Part shown: piece by piece, positions 25,646-40,100 of the stretch | Layout: each line of letters opens with the position of its first letter | Numbering within the stretch: the stretch's first letter is position 1 | Origin: Mizuhopecten yessoensis | Lineage: Eukaryota | DNA length: 64,000 nt | Direction of reading: 5' to 3' | NCBI RefSeq assembly: GCF_002113885.1 | Contig: NW_018408895.1 | Span: 657,724-721,723, forward strand | Made by a program: the position numbers and the translations under genes | The notes under the pieces: generated by a model | Told to the model about the DNA's origin: nothing | Databases searched by the model: none | What the model saw: the letters and a program-made list of their open reading frames with translations, nothing else

Positions 25646-28600
25646 TTTTTGTTAGCAGTGCTTAAAGGTTTAATGTTCCGGAACTGAATTTCTATCAATA
25701 ACTGTGTTTGGCAAATCTACTCTGATCATATACCTAAAACGAAAATGAAACCACCAGCTTTTCTCTGAATTCTAATGCTTTATTCAACATAATATGTTCG
25801 TGTAGAGCCACGACCTTCACCTTCCGAGCTCTTTATTACGACATAATTATCTGGTAGTAACATCTGGTAAATTGACGTAATTTTCGTGTAACACCTAGGA
25901 TAGTTAAACTCATTGGTGCAGGATATTGGCAGTGTAACTAACTTATACAAGAGTCTCAGCACGGTTCACTTGTTTATAGTATGTGGTTTTGTTCAGAGCT
26001 ATAATGCAACCCCGGTGTCAACAGCAACTATGATTAATGGGGGAACAATGCAACAAGATCTCGTACCTCTACACACAGTGACACAGGGAAAAATGCAAGC
26101 TAACTGACATCACGTAGTAAACGCCACAGATGCTTGTAATCAGATTGAAATGGATGTTAAATGGATTAATATAATTTGCAAAGGTTTTGCAGGCATAAAT
26201 TGATCATCAATNAGTAAGGCTACACTGATTGACCTCTAAATTAGTAGAAGTGTTCCTTATGAGGTTTCGACCAAGTTTTTTTTTTCCATGCTAATTGTAA
26301 AATACCAGATGGCCACCCTGGCCTGTGATTGGTTAGGACATTTACAACGTCCTCTGTACATAATCGGCCATCAAACGTATCATCTAATTCATCTATACAG
26401 CATGTATATGCCTGGTCTCCATGTTGATATTGGTGTATGCCTACTCTCCAAAGTAGCTATGTGCCAATTTAAAAAAAAAAAAAAAAAAAAAGCATGCTGC
26501 AATTTGAGTACTTCAGAATTTACTCAGGTGAAGGTTTAGGCCTCTTGTTATTTGTTAGCAGTGCCTAAAGGTTTAATATTTCGGAACTGATTTTCTGTTT
26601 ACATCAATAACTGTGTTTGGCGAATCTATTGTAATCATATACCTAAAACGAAAATGAACCCACCAGCTTTTCTCTGAACTCTAATGCTTTATTCAACATA
26701 ACATGTTCGTGTAGAGCCACGAACTTCACCTTCCGAGCCCCTGGTTGATGTCCCTGGTGAGTTGTTTGTTTGTGATCTCTTTATTACGACATAATTATCT
26801 GGTAGTAACATCTGGTAAATTGACGTAATTTTCGTGTAACAATTAGGATAATTAAACTCATTTGTGCAGGATATTGGCAGTGTAACTAACTTATACAAGC
26901 GTCACAGCACGTACACTTGTTTATAGTATGTGGCTTTGTTTATAATATGTGGCTTTGTTCAGAGCTGTAATGCAACACCGGTGTCAACAGCAGCTATGAT
27001 TTAATGGGGAAAACAATGCAACAAGAACCTCTACACAATGGGTTTCTTATTCCGGAACTGATTTTCTGTTTACATCTATAACTGTGTGTGACGAATCTAT
27101 TGTGATCATATACCTAACACCAGAATAATTCTGTCCTCTGTGCCCTGAAAATAAAATTAAGATGAAATCTCTGCTGAAGACCCTGTTGCTTGTCGTTTAC
27201 AACAATGAAATGGAACACAGCAGTTTACTCCCGGGTCTCCAAACATGCAAGACTTTGTTTTTAATTTTAACAATACTTAAATTCCAACTTGTAAACTCGA
27301 ATTCATCATGCTTATCTTATAACTTAGAAATAAACCTCCCTATTTGGCAAATTATAAGTAAATTTCTAAGAAAGCGGCTGACGTAGAAGTGTCTGTCATG
27401 GCCTTGATTTAAAGCTCAAGAGAGTATTCATGTGGTCACCAAATTGTATTTAAAGACAGTACATCGTCAATATATCTGAATGTGAAATTGAAGAACTTTG
27501 CTAAACTTTTGTAACGAGTCCTGATAAGTTCAACAATAAATTCAGCTTCATAAAAAAAAAAAACGGCCCGAAAAAGCGCACAGCTTGCCACCGAACTCAG
27601 GATATTGTCAACCTAGAACACAACCATTCTCACAATATCGTCATCAGTGTATTTCATTTTGGCCTGTGTTGTGCTTTTCACAAAAAAAGCTCTTAAATAT
27701 TTTACAACCAAATATTTATTCTGCAGTTCGCTTTTCTTGGAAAGAATGCTGTCATTATAGGAGAACTATAGGAGAGATAAGGCGTCCATACCGTTTGGTA
27801 CGAGGTATGTTCGTGTAAAGGTTCGAAATCCACATTCCATATATTCCACCATTGCGTTTACAGTGTCACAATACAACTCACTGTAATACTCGTTCACGAT
27901 GGCAGATTAACCAAAATTGATGACAGGTAAAGGAATATACTTGTATATAAACGCACTGGATTTAAATCGGAAGTTAAATAAGTAGTAATTTACACATCTT
28001 GCATATTAAAATGTTTTGTAATTCATGATAGCATGTACATTATTGCATTACCAACAATAATTCGCGATGTTCTTTAATAAAGTTACAGTGATATATATGC
28101 CAAGGACTGGCGTGTTTGTACATATCAGTTCACGTATATATGTGTGTGAATGTGTGTGTGGGACTAATTTTAGACTGAGCAGTTACGTTTTATTTTTGAA
28201 GTCATAGCTCATACTTCTTGAACATGATAGAACACGTTGTTGTGCCATGTGATTCTATATCTGGACATCGTGCAATCAGTCGATATTTTTACGTTGACAT
28301 TTAACATTGAACCATCATCTAAAACCAGAAATACCTTATTGTATACTACAAAAGATATTGTGGAGATATTTTGGGCACTAATTTATTCATAATCTATTAA
28401 CTTAGTATCTCCGAGAGTGCACTTCAATTGTCTTTACAGTCACGAGTTTAGTAGTTTTATAATAAATATCGTTGAAATAGCATCTTATTTCGAGTCGACA
28501 GCAATAGTCATCGATACTTGCAATGAAACACCAACAATTTGTCCTAGGCGTAATACAGATCTTGTTTCTTCCTTTTCGTCTAAAATAACATCCGTTTTCA

Positions 28601-28819
28601 GTCTTATCAACACGAGGTATTGAATTACCTTCTTATCTATATGTCACCATGAAGTAAACGGTAAAACACTACAGATTCCGCTTCATCAGTTATGACAACA
28701 ACAGTCAGCTCACTAAAAAACTATGTGAAGAAATGAACGTCATATATGATATGATTGTAAAGGTTTCCTCTCATGCGCTTTACATCTATATGAAGTATTT
28801 CATGAAATCTGTTATGTTA

Positions 28820-28891
28820 AGAGTGTAATAGGACAATAAAATTAAGTATGTAAAATCTTACATACTTAATTTTATTGTCCTATTACACTCT
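28820..28891. repeat. Perfect 34-bp-arm palindrome with a 4-nt loop; decayed paralog at about 43223-43289
   Basis: AGAGTGTAATAGGACAATAAAATTAAGTATGTAA-aatc-TTACATACTTAATTTTATTGTCCTATTACACTCT. Confidence 0.92.
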
Positions 28892-29254
28892 CAATAGAGA
28901 TCAATGTCACTTACAAGTTTAAGATTCGTTCAAATTGGGGTTTTCATGATGAAAAGAACAGTTCACAGCCGTTTCTGTTAGAATAGTGAAATCTATATAG
29001 TGAAAACCCATCAATCTTTAATGAATATTTTTACTTGACGATCGTATTTACAGGTTATTGGGTCACTTAATGGCTATATTGATAATCAACATATTGTGAT
29101 GCTTTTAATTTTAACAATACTTTACTTTCAAATTTTACGCATTTATCTTTACAAGCTTGTTGTTAATACTTATAACTCTTACCTTGTTTGGACACAATAC
29201 TATTATAGTCACACATCAACGATCAACAAAACGGTAGAAAAGTATCTTCTCATA

Positions 29255-29406
29255 GATAGGACACACTGGTATAATAGTTAGGACACAATACTATTATAGT
29301 TAGGAAACAACATTATTATAGTTAGGACACAACACTATTATAGTTAGAACACAATACTATTATAGTTAGGACACAATACTATTATAGTTAGGACACAAAA
29401 CTATTA
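29255..29406 (+). repeat. 22-bp minisatellite (TAGTTAGGACACAATACTATTA), about 7 copies; paralog at 43676-43810
   Basis: Head-to-tail copies with no spacers. Confidence 0.92.
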
Positions 29407-29518
29407 ACACATCAACGATCAACAAAACGGTAGACGAGTTTGAATGAAAAACCATAACGAAACAAAGTAAACAATTCGTTATCTTGAAAAAAAAAAAAAA
29501 AAATGTTTTCCAATCAAT

Positions 29519-30743
29519 GACAGATATGGTTTTGGCTGATCAAGAAATGCCTGGATGTTATTTGCTACCTTTTGGAGTACAACCTTATCTTTGCTGGAAA
29601 GCAGATTGACCCCGTCATGGAAGTACAACGGGAAAATGCCCCTCTGGATATAGACGAGCAGACGATACGTCATTGACTTCACGCGAGCCGCCAGGAGTTC
29701 CTGCTGCCATTCAGTTTCAGAAGGATGATCCTCACACTCCCAGAAATGCACGTTCTTCAGGTGGTATGATGTCAGTTCTGACTTCAAACCTGGTGGACAC
29801 CATACGTCGTCTTTCAGTCGCTTCATGATGCGTTGACTTTTCTTTCTACATGTACCTTCAATGTCAATTCCATCCAGAAGTTCCTTTTCACATGCGGCGA
29901 AAGAAAGTGTCCAGTAGAATGGTTCTTTTGCTATGTCATTAACACCTATTTTCTTTATGGCTGACCTCTTCTGCTTCGAAGGCCAGTCAATGTTCGGTCT
30001 AGGCCAGTGAAATTCGGGTTCAAATTCTACCTGAGATTCGATCATAGGGCAAAGATCAATGCTGATTGGGTAGTCAATGTCCGGGAATTTCACAGACAGG
30101 GTAGTAGCAGGAGAACTCGATATCTTGTCTGTTTCTTAACTGCCTCGCCAACAAGTGACTTGAACCGACTCTACCTTGATTGGAACTATGTCATCATCGA
30201 ATGTCATACTAGCAACTCCGTCGTGAAGTCCGTCAGCCTCCCATTGCTTCTTCAAGCTCTCATTTTGAGTAAAATACTGACCAACCGGGGGATCCGGTAA
30301 CGCGTATCCTTTTCTCTTCACCACTTTATCCCTGGTGTTGTTAAATCCGTTACGTCCGTCAGCCTCCCATTGCTTCTTCAGGCACCCAATTTTAGTAAAA
30401 GACTGCCCAACAGGGGTATCCGGTAACGCGTATCATTTTTTCTCCACACCTTTATTCCTGGTGTTGTTAAATCCATAGTATCTTGTTTTCCCAGGTACCC
30501 AGGACAGCTTACCGACATCAACGATGACGTTGTAGTCAAATTCATCCCCTTTTTCCACCTTCAGGTGCGTGTTATAACTGCCTACCTTGAGGGGCTGTAT
30601 CAGGAAGCGTCTATCCCGGGAATTAACGTATCTCAAAATCTCATCCACAAGAGGAAGCACTTTCGCAACGTTCCTTTTAGTTTCATCTCGTTTCATCAAT
30701 ACTTTTTTTTATCACAGTACCTGTTCAGGGTATTGCTGTCCAT
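29519..30743 (-). pseudogene. cGLR copy 3, pseudogene
   Basis: +2 frameshift in a homopolymer run near 30705, TGA at 30435-30433, a 126-bp internal duplication and deletions near 30135 and 30170. The stop codon and about 0.5 kb of 3' flank are deleted. Confidence 0.9.
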
Positions 30744-33700
30744 TTTCTAGCCGTATGGAACTGTGTTAACAAGTTTACCGGTGATGTATATGTTGATGAC
30801 TGGCGTGTTTGTCCTTATCAGAGCATATATATACCAGTATGTGTCTGTATGCGTGGCTAATTTGGGACTGGGGAGTTACGTTTTATTTTTGAATTCATTA
30901 ACATTTTTTAATGTACTTCTACATTGATTTATTGATTTAAACATATTTTATTGCAAATAAATATTTACAAAAGAATTGGACACAAGTTTTACCAACTTAT
31001 TAAAGTCCTTTTCTTCAAATACATGAATATAAACAATAACTTGATAAGGTAATTTACGCAATATACATTAATTATGTTTTTATATGGAAATGGAAAATAG
31101 AGACGAAGAAAAGAAGGAGAGCGAAACGAAGTAAAGGATAGTAACACAGATAGAGTAGATGAAAAATAGAGTGGAAGAAAAGACGGATAGAGTAATGAAG
31201 TAAATGATAGTAACACAGGTAGAGTCGGAGAAAAAAAAGAGTGATAGAGAGAGAAAGATGATCACATTCAGTCAAACCTGTTGCATTTGCTGATATAATT
31301 TTGGACAGATTTTGCAATTGAGGTATTTACATTAATGCTGAATTTAGGATCGCCATATAGGAGCAAGTCTAAAGTTAAATCATCACGAACAGGTTGAAGC
31401 TCTCTTATTAATAGATTACGATGCTGGGTGTATAAGGGACAGACACAAAGGAAGTGATAAGAGTCTTCACATGGATTACCGCATGCACATTCAGCTGTAT
31501 TTGATAAATTTGCTCTAAATANNNNNNNNNNNNNNNNNNNNNNNNNNNNNNNNNNNNNNNNATATTGTAAGTTACAATGGATATCGTAGATACAGTGTGT
31601 GTGCTAGTGTATTCATAAATATATAAATTTAATAACCCTTTAATTGCACATATTTTTCTTCTCATTTGTCACCAGGAATTAAAACGGTAAAACAATACAG
31701 ATTCCGCTACGTCACTTATGACAACAACGGTCGTATCACTAATTAACTACATATGTAGTGTATCTGACAAACTGGACGTCTTATATTTTACAATCATAAA
31801 ATATTTCCTCTCCTTCGGTTGGTTTTATACCATTTATATTAAGTGCTACTTGAATCTGTTCTGCTTTATTTTAAATATTTCATTCTATTGTCTTATCACT
31901 CCCTCGATATGATTCTCAATGTAAATAGCTTGGGTTTTGTTAAGTTAAAGTTTTTTGTTTCATGATAACAGTTGAAGTGTCACATTCAAAATCAGCCATT
32001 TCAGTAAAAATATAAAAATTAATACAAGTAGTCAAAACCCATCCGTCCTCTCTTAAATAATTTCATTTGACGATCGGACTTGCAGGTGATAGGAAAACTT
32101 AATGGTTATTGTAATTGCCAGCATGTTAAAATGTCTAAAAATAGGAGAGAATAAACAAAATACAAGATTGACAACAGACTAACAAGAAATACTTAAGGAA
32201 ATGGCAACGAAAAGAAAGAGTAGACAGGAAATATAAGTTACAGTGTTGCATTTGAACTTTGATTCCGTAACACTGAGTTCGTACAATGAATCGTGTTCCA
32301 CATGGGAACATGTACCAAATTACTACAAAACACATGTACCCCAATGATAGGATAAATTGAATACACTTGAAAATACATCTATCATTTACTAATATCTATA
32401 TCAATGAACACCTTATTGCATAATGAAAAGGAATTTTGAATAAGTACATTTCTTTTTATACTTAAATTCAACTCCGTCTCACCATTGATGTTCAAATTCG
32501 ATGAATGGACCTCACATTTACCGACGACAACATGAAACATCAACATATGCGATAAAACATCAGAACAGTGTTGTATGGTTTATAACGCTTTCTTCATTTC
32601 CCTTTTATCCAAAAACAACACTTGCCAAAGCAGTATCGACAAAATTGATATTACTAATCTTGTCATTAAAGAAAGCCAGAAATATTTTAATCTCATTTAT
32701 CATCAAGAACTTAACAGTAAAAACAACACAGATTCCGCTACGTGAGCATATCATAATAACGATCAACTTACTTAGAAACCCGATGACAAACTTGGCGACC
32801 CTTTTCTCTCCTTATCATATATATACCAGCCACCTCTCTCGTGAAATATGTATTTCGAGTTCAGATTTTGATGTCATTGATATTTTGCTGAATTATTTTC
32901 TAGTAGAGTTATAACAGCACACTTCAGTGTGGGGTATTCTTTATCATAACTGTCACAATGATTCGATAACTCTTCTTTTTTGTAGGACTATATTATGTAT
33001 TTATTTATCTGTTACTGCCAATTGGAGAACACAAGATGGCCGATCCTTGCCTCTGATTTGCTGAGAGGAGAAATGTTCGACACCTCAAGATTATCTGCAC
33101 CAATTCACTTCTTTATTTGTACAATTGTTCCTTATGAGGTTCAGAACAAATATTCTTACTGTTTGTGCCGATCATAAAATCAAAGATGGTCACCCTTAAC
33201 TTCTCATTGACTGGGATGGGTTTTTTTTATCTCTTCCCAAGAAAGGCTATACTGATTGACTTCTAACTTAGTAGAAGTGTTCCTAATGAGGTTTCGACCA
33301 AGTTTGTTACTTTTCATGCTGATTGTTGAATTCCGGATGGCCACCCTGGCCTGTGATTGGCTACGACATTTATAACGTCATCTGTACATAATCGGCCATC
33401 AGACGTACCATCTAATTCATCTATACAGCGTGTATACAGTGTGTATGCTAGATCTCTAGATTAATATGGGTGTATGCCCTCTCTCCAAAGTAAAGTTGTG
33501 CCAATTTAAAACAAAAAAGAACAATGCTGCAGTTTAAGTTCTTCAGAATTTACTCAGGTGACCGTTTAGGCCCATGGGCCTCTTGTTATTTGTTAGCAGT
33601 GCTTAAAGGTTTAAAATTCCGGAAGTGATTCTTTGTTTACATCAATAACTGTGTTTGGCGAATCTACTGTGATCATATACCTAAAACGAAAATGAAACCA

Positions 33701-34691
33701 CCGGCTTTTCTCTGAACTTTAATGCATTATTCAACATAATATTTTCGCCACGACCTTCATCTTCCGAGTCCTTGGTTGATGTCCATGGTGAGTTGCTACC
33801 ACATCACGTAGTAAGCGAAACCACGCCACAGATGATTGTAATCAGATTGAATGTTAAATGGATTAATATAATTTGCAAATGTTTTGCAGGCATAAATTTA
33901 TCATCAATCATTAATGTAAAAATACTAGATGATACACAGATAATTTTGTCATAATGTTGAAATAACTAGGCCTATGTTATAGTAACGAGATAACTGTGTC
34001 GTACTTACGACAAAACAATTTAGTAATTACGACATACAAAATCGACATGCTAAATGGACATTTGGACGTAGTAATAACCGACTAACTTAGAAAATTTCGG
34101 CTTGACCCACTTTCTCACTGTGAACCGTTTCGTTTGTGTCTACTAAATGAAAATAATATAAGAAAACAGAAGAATACCATTGAGTGTGAACATATATCTT
34201 ATAGATATCTAATTATGTGTAATACTGTGTATTGTCAGCAGTGTTTAAATGTTTCATATTCCGGAACTGATATTCTATTTACATCTTTAACTGTGTGTGA
34301 CGAATCTATTGTGATCATATACCTTAAACGAAAATGAAACTACCATACTTTCTCAGAACTCAAATGCTTTGTTCAGCATAATACCACATATGGGTTTCTG
34401 ATTTGTGTCCCTAGAGTACTAATCTCCACTTATAATGATTTCTTAAAGTATTCATAAATACAAGGCCATATTTTGCTACCTAATTACAAACTAGAGGAAA
34501 TTAAGAAATTGGGAAAACTAAAGAGGATAGAGAGGAAAAGACACTTTTTATACGTTGCGTGAATGACACACTCAAAGATAATCCCACGATGGATTGATAT
34601 TATGGAATATCGTAGAAAAAATTAGAGCAAACAGTAGAGAAAAGTGTTGCATTTGAAACAACAGAATAATTCTGTTCTGTGTGCACTGCAA

Positions 34692-35235
34692 TTTTGTTTA
34701 TTTGTTTGTTTGTTTGATTTTGTTTAACGTCCTATTAACAGCTAAGGTCATTTAAGGACGGTCTCACCTGTGTGCAAGATGCATACGTGTAGTGTATGGT
34801 TGTGTATTTTGGGAGGCTGCGATATGTTCGTAATTGTCTCCTTGTGATAGCGCGGAACTGATGCCGACTTTATAGTGCTAACTCACTGAAACATACTGCC
34901 GAAGACACCCAGCAGGCCGCCCCACCCGGTCACATTATACTGACAATGGGCGAACCAGTCGTCCCACTCCTAATTTGCTGAGCGTTAAGCAGGAGTATAA
35001 ACTACCATTTTTAAAGACTTTGGTATGTCTCGGCCAGGGGACAGAACCCAAAGCCTTCCTCACAGGGGCGAACGCTCAACAAATGGCCAAAAGTGAGGCA
35101 TTTTCAAGGGAGACATTAGGAAGAAGAAAGTTATTTAGAAAGGAGAGAAGAGATAAGGTCCCAAATTTAGTCGCCTCTTACGATCATGCAATTGGGGGCA
35201 GCAGGTACAATTCTTACCCCCTACCTGCAGGGTCA
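34692..35235 (-). mobile_element. tRNA-type SINE with a 5' extension, I/Nimb-like 3' tail and 13-bp TSD
   Basis: TSD GTGTGCACTGCAA at 34679-34691 and 35236-35248; empty site in the paralog near 18875. Degenerate A/B boxes (TGGCCATTTGTT, GGTTCTGTCCC) and a (CAAA)n tail. Confidence 0.85.
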
Positions 35236-37193
35236 GTGTGCACTGCAAATAGGATTAAGATGAAATCTCTGCTGAAGACCCCTGTTGCTTGTCGTTCACA
35301 ATAATGAAATGGGACACAGCAGTATACTCCCGGGTCTCCAAACATGCAAGAGATTGTTTTTAATCTTAACAATACTTAACTTCCAAAATGTACAGTCAAT
35401 ACACGTGTATGTTAACAAACCTGTTGCTTAATTACTTGTTAATTACTTTTCAAATTTTATAGATAGGACAAAATGGTTTTTACAGTCACACATAAAACAA
35501 CATGAGAATACCAAAGCGCTAACAAAACCATAGTTTGAAATCAAACTCGACAAAACTTAGGCAAGAAATGAACAAAGGAAACATCCACCTGTCGACCTTT
35601 GACCACGTACAATGAGAATGAGACCAATTGTTCCGGAATCGTAAGCGTCTTCTAGTTCATCGACGGGCCCCACCTTGTAAATCTATGTCAATTCCAAGTA
35701 ATGTCAGGTCTTCACATCGATAACTTGGGTAATGGCAACAAACCCATAAGGTACACTAATGAGTTTTAAAAAAGTCGACTTTCACATCACATAAAAAAAG
35801 AATAAGCACATTTCCCAATGAGACCATGATGACGACCGTAGCCTTCGTTAACACGCGTCTTTGGAAATCCTGTGTCGGATGTTTGTCCGTCAGCAATCGA
35901 CATCTCTAATAGAAGTCATGATATAAGGAGCAAGCTCTGGAATACCGAATCTCAACTGAGACATGTAGGGGGCAGGGGTAAGTCATCCTGCTTATCTTAT
36001 AACTTAGAAATAAACCGTCCCTATTTGGCAAATTGTAAGTAAATATCGAAGAAAGCGGCTTACGTAGAAGAGTCTGTAATGGCCTTGATTTCAAGCTCAA
36101 GAGAGTATTTATGTGGTCAACAATTTGTATTTAAACACAGCACATCGTCAATATATCTCAATGTGAAATTGAAGAACTTTGCTAAACTTTTGTTACGAGT
36201 CCTGATAAGTTCAACAATAAATTCAGCTTCATAGAAAAACAAATCGGCCCGAAAAAGCGCACAGCTGGCCACCGAACTCGGGATATTGTCAACCTAGAAC
36301 ACAACCTTTCTCACAATATCGTCCTCCTTGTATTTCGTTTTGGCCTGTGTTGTGCTTTTCACAAAATATGCTCTTAAATATTTTACAACCAAATATTTAT
36401 TCTGCAGTTCGCTTTTCTTGGAGAGAAAGCTGTCACTATAGGAGAACTATAGGAGAGCTAAGGCGTGTTTGTACTTCTCAGTTCACGTATGTATTTATGT
36501 GTGTGAATGTGTGTGTGTGGCTAATATTAGACTGGGGAGTTACGTTTTATTTTTGAAGTCTTACCTCATACTTCTTGAACATGACAGAACACGTTGTTGT
36601 GCCATGTGATTCTATATCTGGACATCGTGCAATCAGTCGATATTTTTACGTTGACATTTAACATTGAACCACGTGATGTTTATAGTGCTTCCACATAAGT
36701 CCGACACGATTCGACTTTTGGTTTCGTTATACTGAACATATACAATGCAATGTGTTATAGATGGGAACATCTGCCCTTTTGGTTTGAAAATTAAATACAG
36801 ATTGCATTTTTTGATTTAGGAAAAATGAATCACTAGAAAATATGAAAAATGAGGCACCTTTTCGATATTCATCTTTTACATAAAAACAAAACAACCATCA
36901 TCTAAAACCAGAAATACCTTATTGTATACTACAAAAGATATTGTGGAGATATTTTGGGCACTAGTTTATTTATAATTTATTAACTTAGTATCTCCGAGAG
37001 TGCACTTCGCTTGGCTTTACAGTCACGAATTTAACTCTGCCATTCAGTAGTTTTAAAATAAATATCGTTGAAATAGCATCTTATTTCGAGTCGACAGCAA
37101 TTGTCATCGATACTTGAATCGAAACACCAACAATTGTTCAAAGGGTTAATACAGATCTTGTTTCTTTCTTTTCGTCTAAAATAACATCCGTTT

Positions 37194-40100
37194 TTAGCTA
37201 AGGCGTTAGCCGCAAGCTATTGGTATTACTTCTGTTAATGAGCTCAAGATATTCAAAAATGTCGTTTTCACACAGACGCCGATCTAGCGGTACCCACTGG
37301 TACTAAATTGAATCATATACCGGACCCACTGTCTTTATTATGCGTAACTTTGGACTCAAATGCACTTGAATGGCTTGTTAATATCATTCCTTTACTTGGT
37401 AGAACCTATGATCTTATCACAACGTCGTATTCTTATTGAAAATGCACCCTGTTTATCTCAATCGGGAACTGCCACTTGACTGTAGGTCATGCATGCTACA
37501 CGCAACATCCGGTAAAAGTACTTCAGTTAATGAGCTCAGGTATTCATAAACAAAACATACGTCACCTACCAGTAATACTAAGCAGACTGCAAATAAAATC
37601 CATTACCACGGACTCAAGTTCACTCAAAAGTCATTGGATATAATCTTATTCTTAATTAGAACTAAGTATCCTTCTAAAACTTCGTATTTACTCTTGAAAC
37701 TGTCGCTGGAATAACCCTTTACACGGAAATACAGTCCTCTAATTGGCTAAAATTGGTGACTCTTGCATTTATGTCCCTGTTTACATTTATATATCGCGTG
37801 GTCAGAGCTATGAAGCGGTCCTGTTCCAACTAACCAAGGAAAATCAAAAGTGCTAATCTGTAATAATAAATATGATTCACGCCTCATCTGAGTATAATGT
37901 TTATCAAAATATTGCATATTCGTTGAAATAACAAATCCTTACTAAAAACTCTAAAAACAGAAACGACCGCCATGTTAGATCACGCGTGATGTTATCGCAA
38001 TTACCTGTTTCCTTATATGGCCTTACGGCCAAATATAGTATTACTACTGAAGCCGTCATGTTTACTACAATTTCCATATTTGGTCATGACACCCATATTT
38101 AGACGTCTGACCTATATCGGAAAACGGACGAAGTTTCCAACATGGCAGTCAATTCAGATTTCGCTTGCAGTTGCTACGTAAACTTGATAATTTAACGACA
38201 TATAAGGCAGAGTATAACTTACAATTATGTAGGAGATCAACAGAAAAAAGTTCATATTACAAACCTAATAATGGATGCGGATCCTGTCAATTAATTCTAA
38301 AATCGCCCCCGTGTGATTCACACCAGGCTTGCTTAACTAAAATGGAATCGCCCGGCCGTGGCAGAGGAGGCCGGTTATCATATTAGTACTAGCCACTGGC
38401 CTACTCTAGTTCCATATTGGTATTCTAACCTGAAGGCTTTTTCTTTTTACCTTCGCAGTATTATCATTTTGTTCTGTTTTCATCATAAGATATTCTATTG
38501 CATTTTTGTATCAATAAAAGACGAGGTGTCACAAACACCTGCTCGCTATAATTACAGTTCAGTCTGATACGAAAAATATGCGCCGATAGGCTTACTTTTT
38601 ATATGTCTGTTGGTGTGATTTGTGTATTTCGTTTATTCAAGTATTACCATATAACAGGACGCTTTTATTTCAATATACACAAAATCAACAGCACCTTCGG
38701 AATGATTTCAGACATGTACTACGGGAAAACACGAGTGATCTCCCTTACATTTAGACATGCGCACATTTTACTTTCATTTTGTGTAGGCCTAGACATCATT
38801 CGCAACGCGAAGCAGAAAAGAGGAAAATGCAGGCGAGTGTTGACTTATTGTAAGGCTTGTTGTTTAAGCAGCATTGACAACGAACAATATGCATACACCT
38901 CGGCAATGTTTACCTACTACTGATTCATAAATAAGGCTCTCGATCCCGATTTCGGTGAGAATGGCGCATGTTTTTCAGCGACGATGACAAAAAGGAAGGT
39001 GCTTCAACGATATGTATAGCAGTAATTATGCAAAAACAAACAAAATAAATGGACATTTTACACTAGTGAATAACAGCGTCACAAGGAACGTCTTTCTCCA
39101 GACGTTTTGCAAAATTTTCGAACTGCTAAGTTGCAAACTGATTTCACTTTAGCGTTGTTTGTGAGGATATTTGGCCTTACATTTCTTCTGATTCAGTTGG
39201 AGAAAACAACATGTTATAATTATAAACATTGTATTATTAGATTCATTGTGATGTTGGCTGTCATTGAAGTTTCAATTGTTATACTACTTGATGTTTTGGA
39301 AACTTAAAAAAGTATAGTAGTTCTAAATATTATGAAATGAGAGAAACAATAGGCCAAACAAATTACTTGTGTTTCTACAATCAGAAAAAAATAGGGTAGG
39401 TAAGTATTAGCCAGGCATTTTATTTTTAATTTGAAAAATATCTTTACTGCGCTAATATAGAGCAGGAGTTCTGACTTTAACTGTGCATATAAAAACTTAA
39501 GGGTATTGTAGGCACACAAATCTGAGATAAGTCTGGTTAACCACAGGTGTCGGACACACCAATAAGTAATGTGTGTATAATATATCATAGTTTATACGCA
39601 TCATATTACTATTAGTGTGTCCAGTATCTGTGGGGTTAGCATAAACACAATATTTGTTTTGATTGGCCTTATTTAATTATCATTAATAGGTCACACAGGG
39701 TTCGGTTTCCAATTCGGAAACTAGACCTGTTAAAACAGTTATCATTTATAACTTTAGAGATAAAAAAAGTTATTAGCAGAAAAAAATGAAATATAATTAT
39801 TTTTCAACCTTTTCTGAGTTGTACAATTTTAGAGTATCTTCTGCCTGAAATATAAACATAACTTGTTTTATGACAAAATGTGTAAAAAAAATCCTCAAAC
39901 TGGGGTAAAGTTTTTCTATATAGTCCCAAAAACTGCAGATAAAATTCTTAAGCACTTACAAGATACACAAATATATACTTTACGTCAATTTTGCAAAGCA
40001 TACAACATAAGCTACAAAGAGCTTGTATTACGACAAAACATGAGTATAATAACAGAGACCAAAATATTACAACATGAAAAAATGAAATAAAACATATATG

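Noticed and set aside
29255-29406. 22-bp and 27-bp repeat arrays as CRISPR-like
   Set aside because: Head-to-tail minisatellites with no unique spacers and no cas genes.
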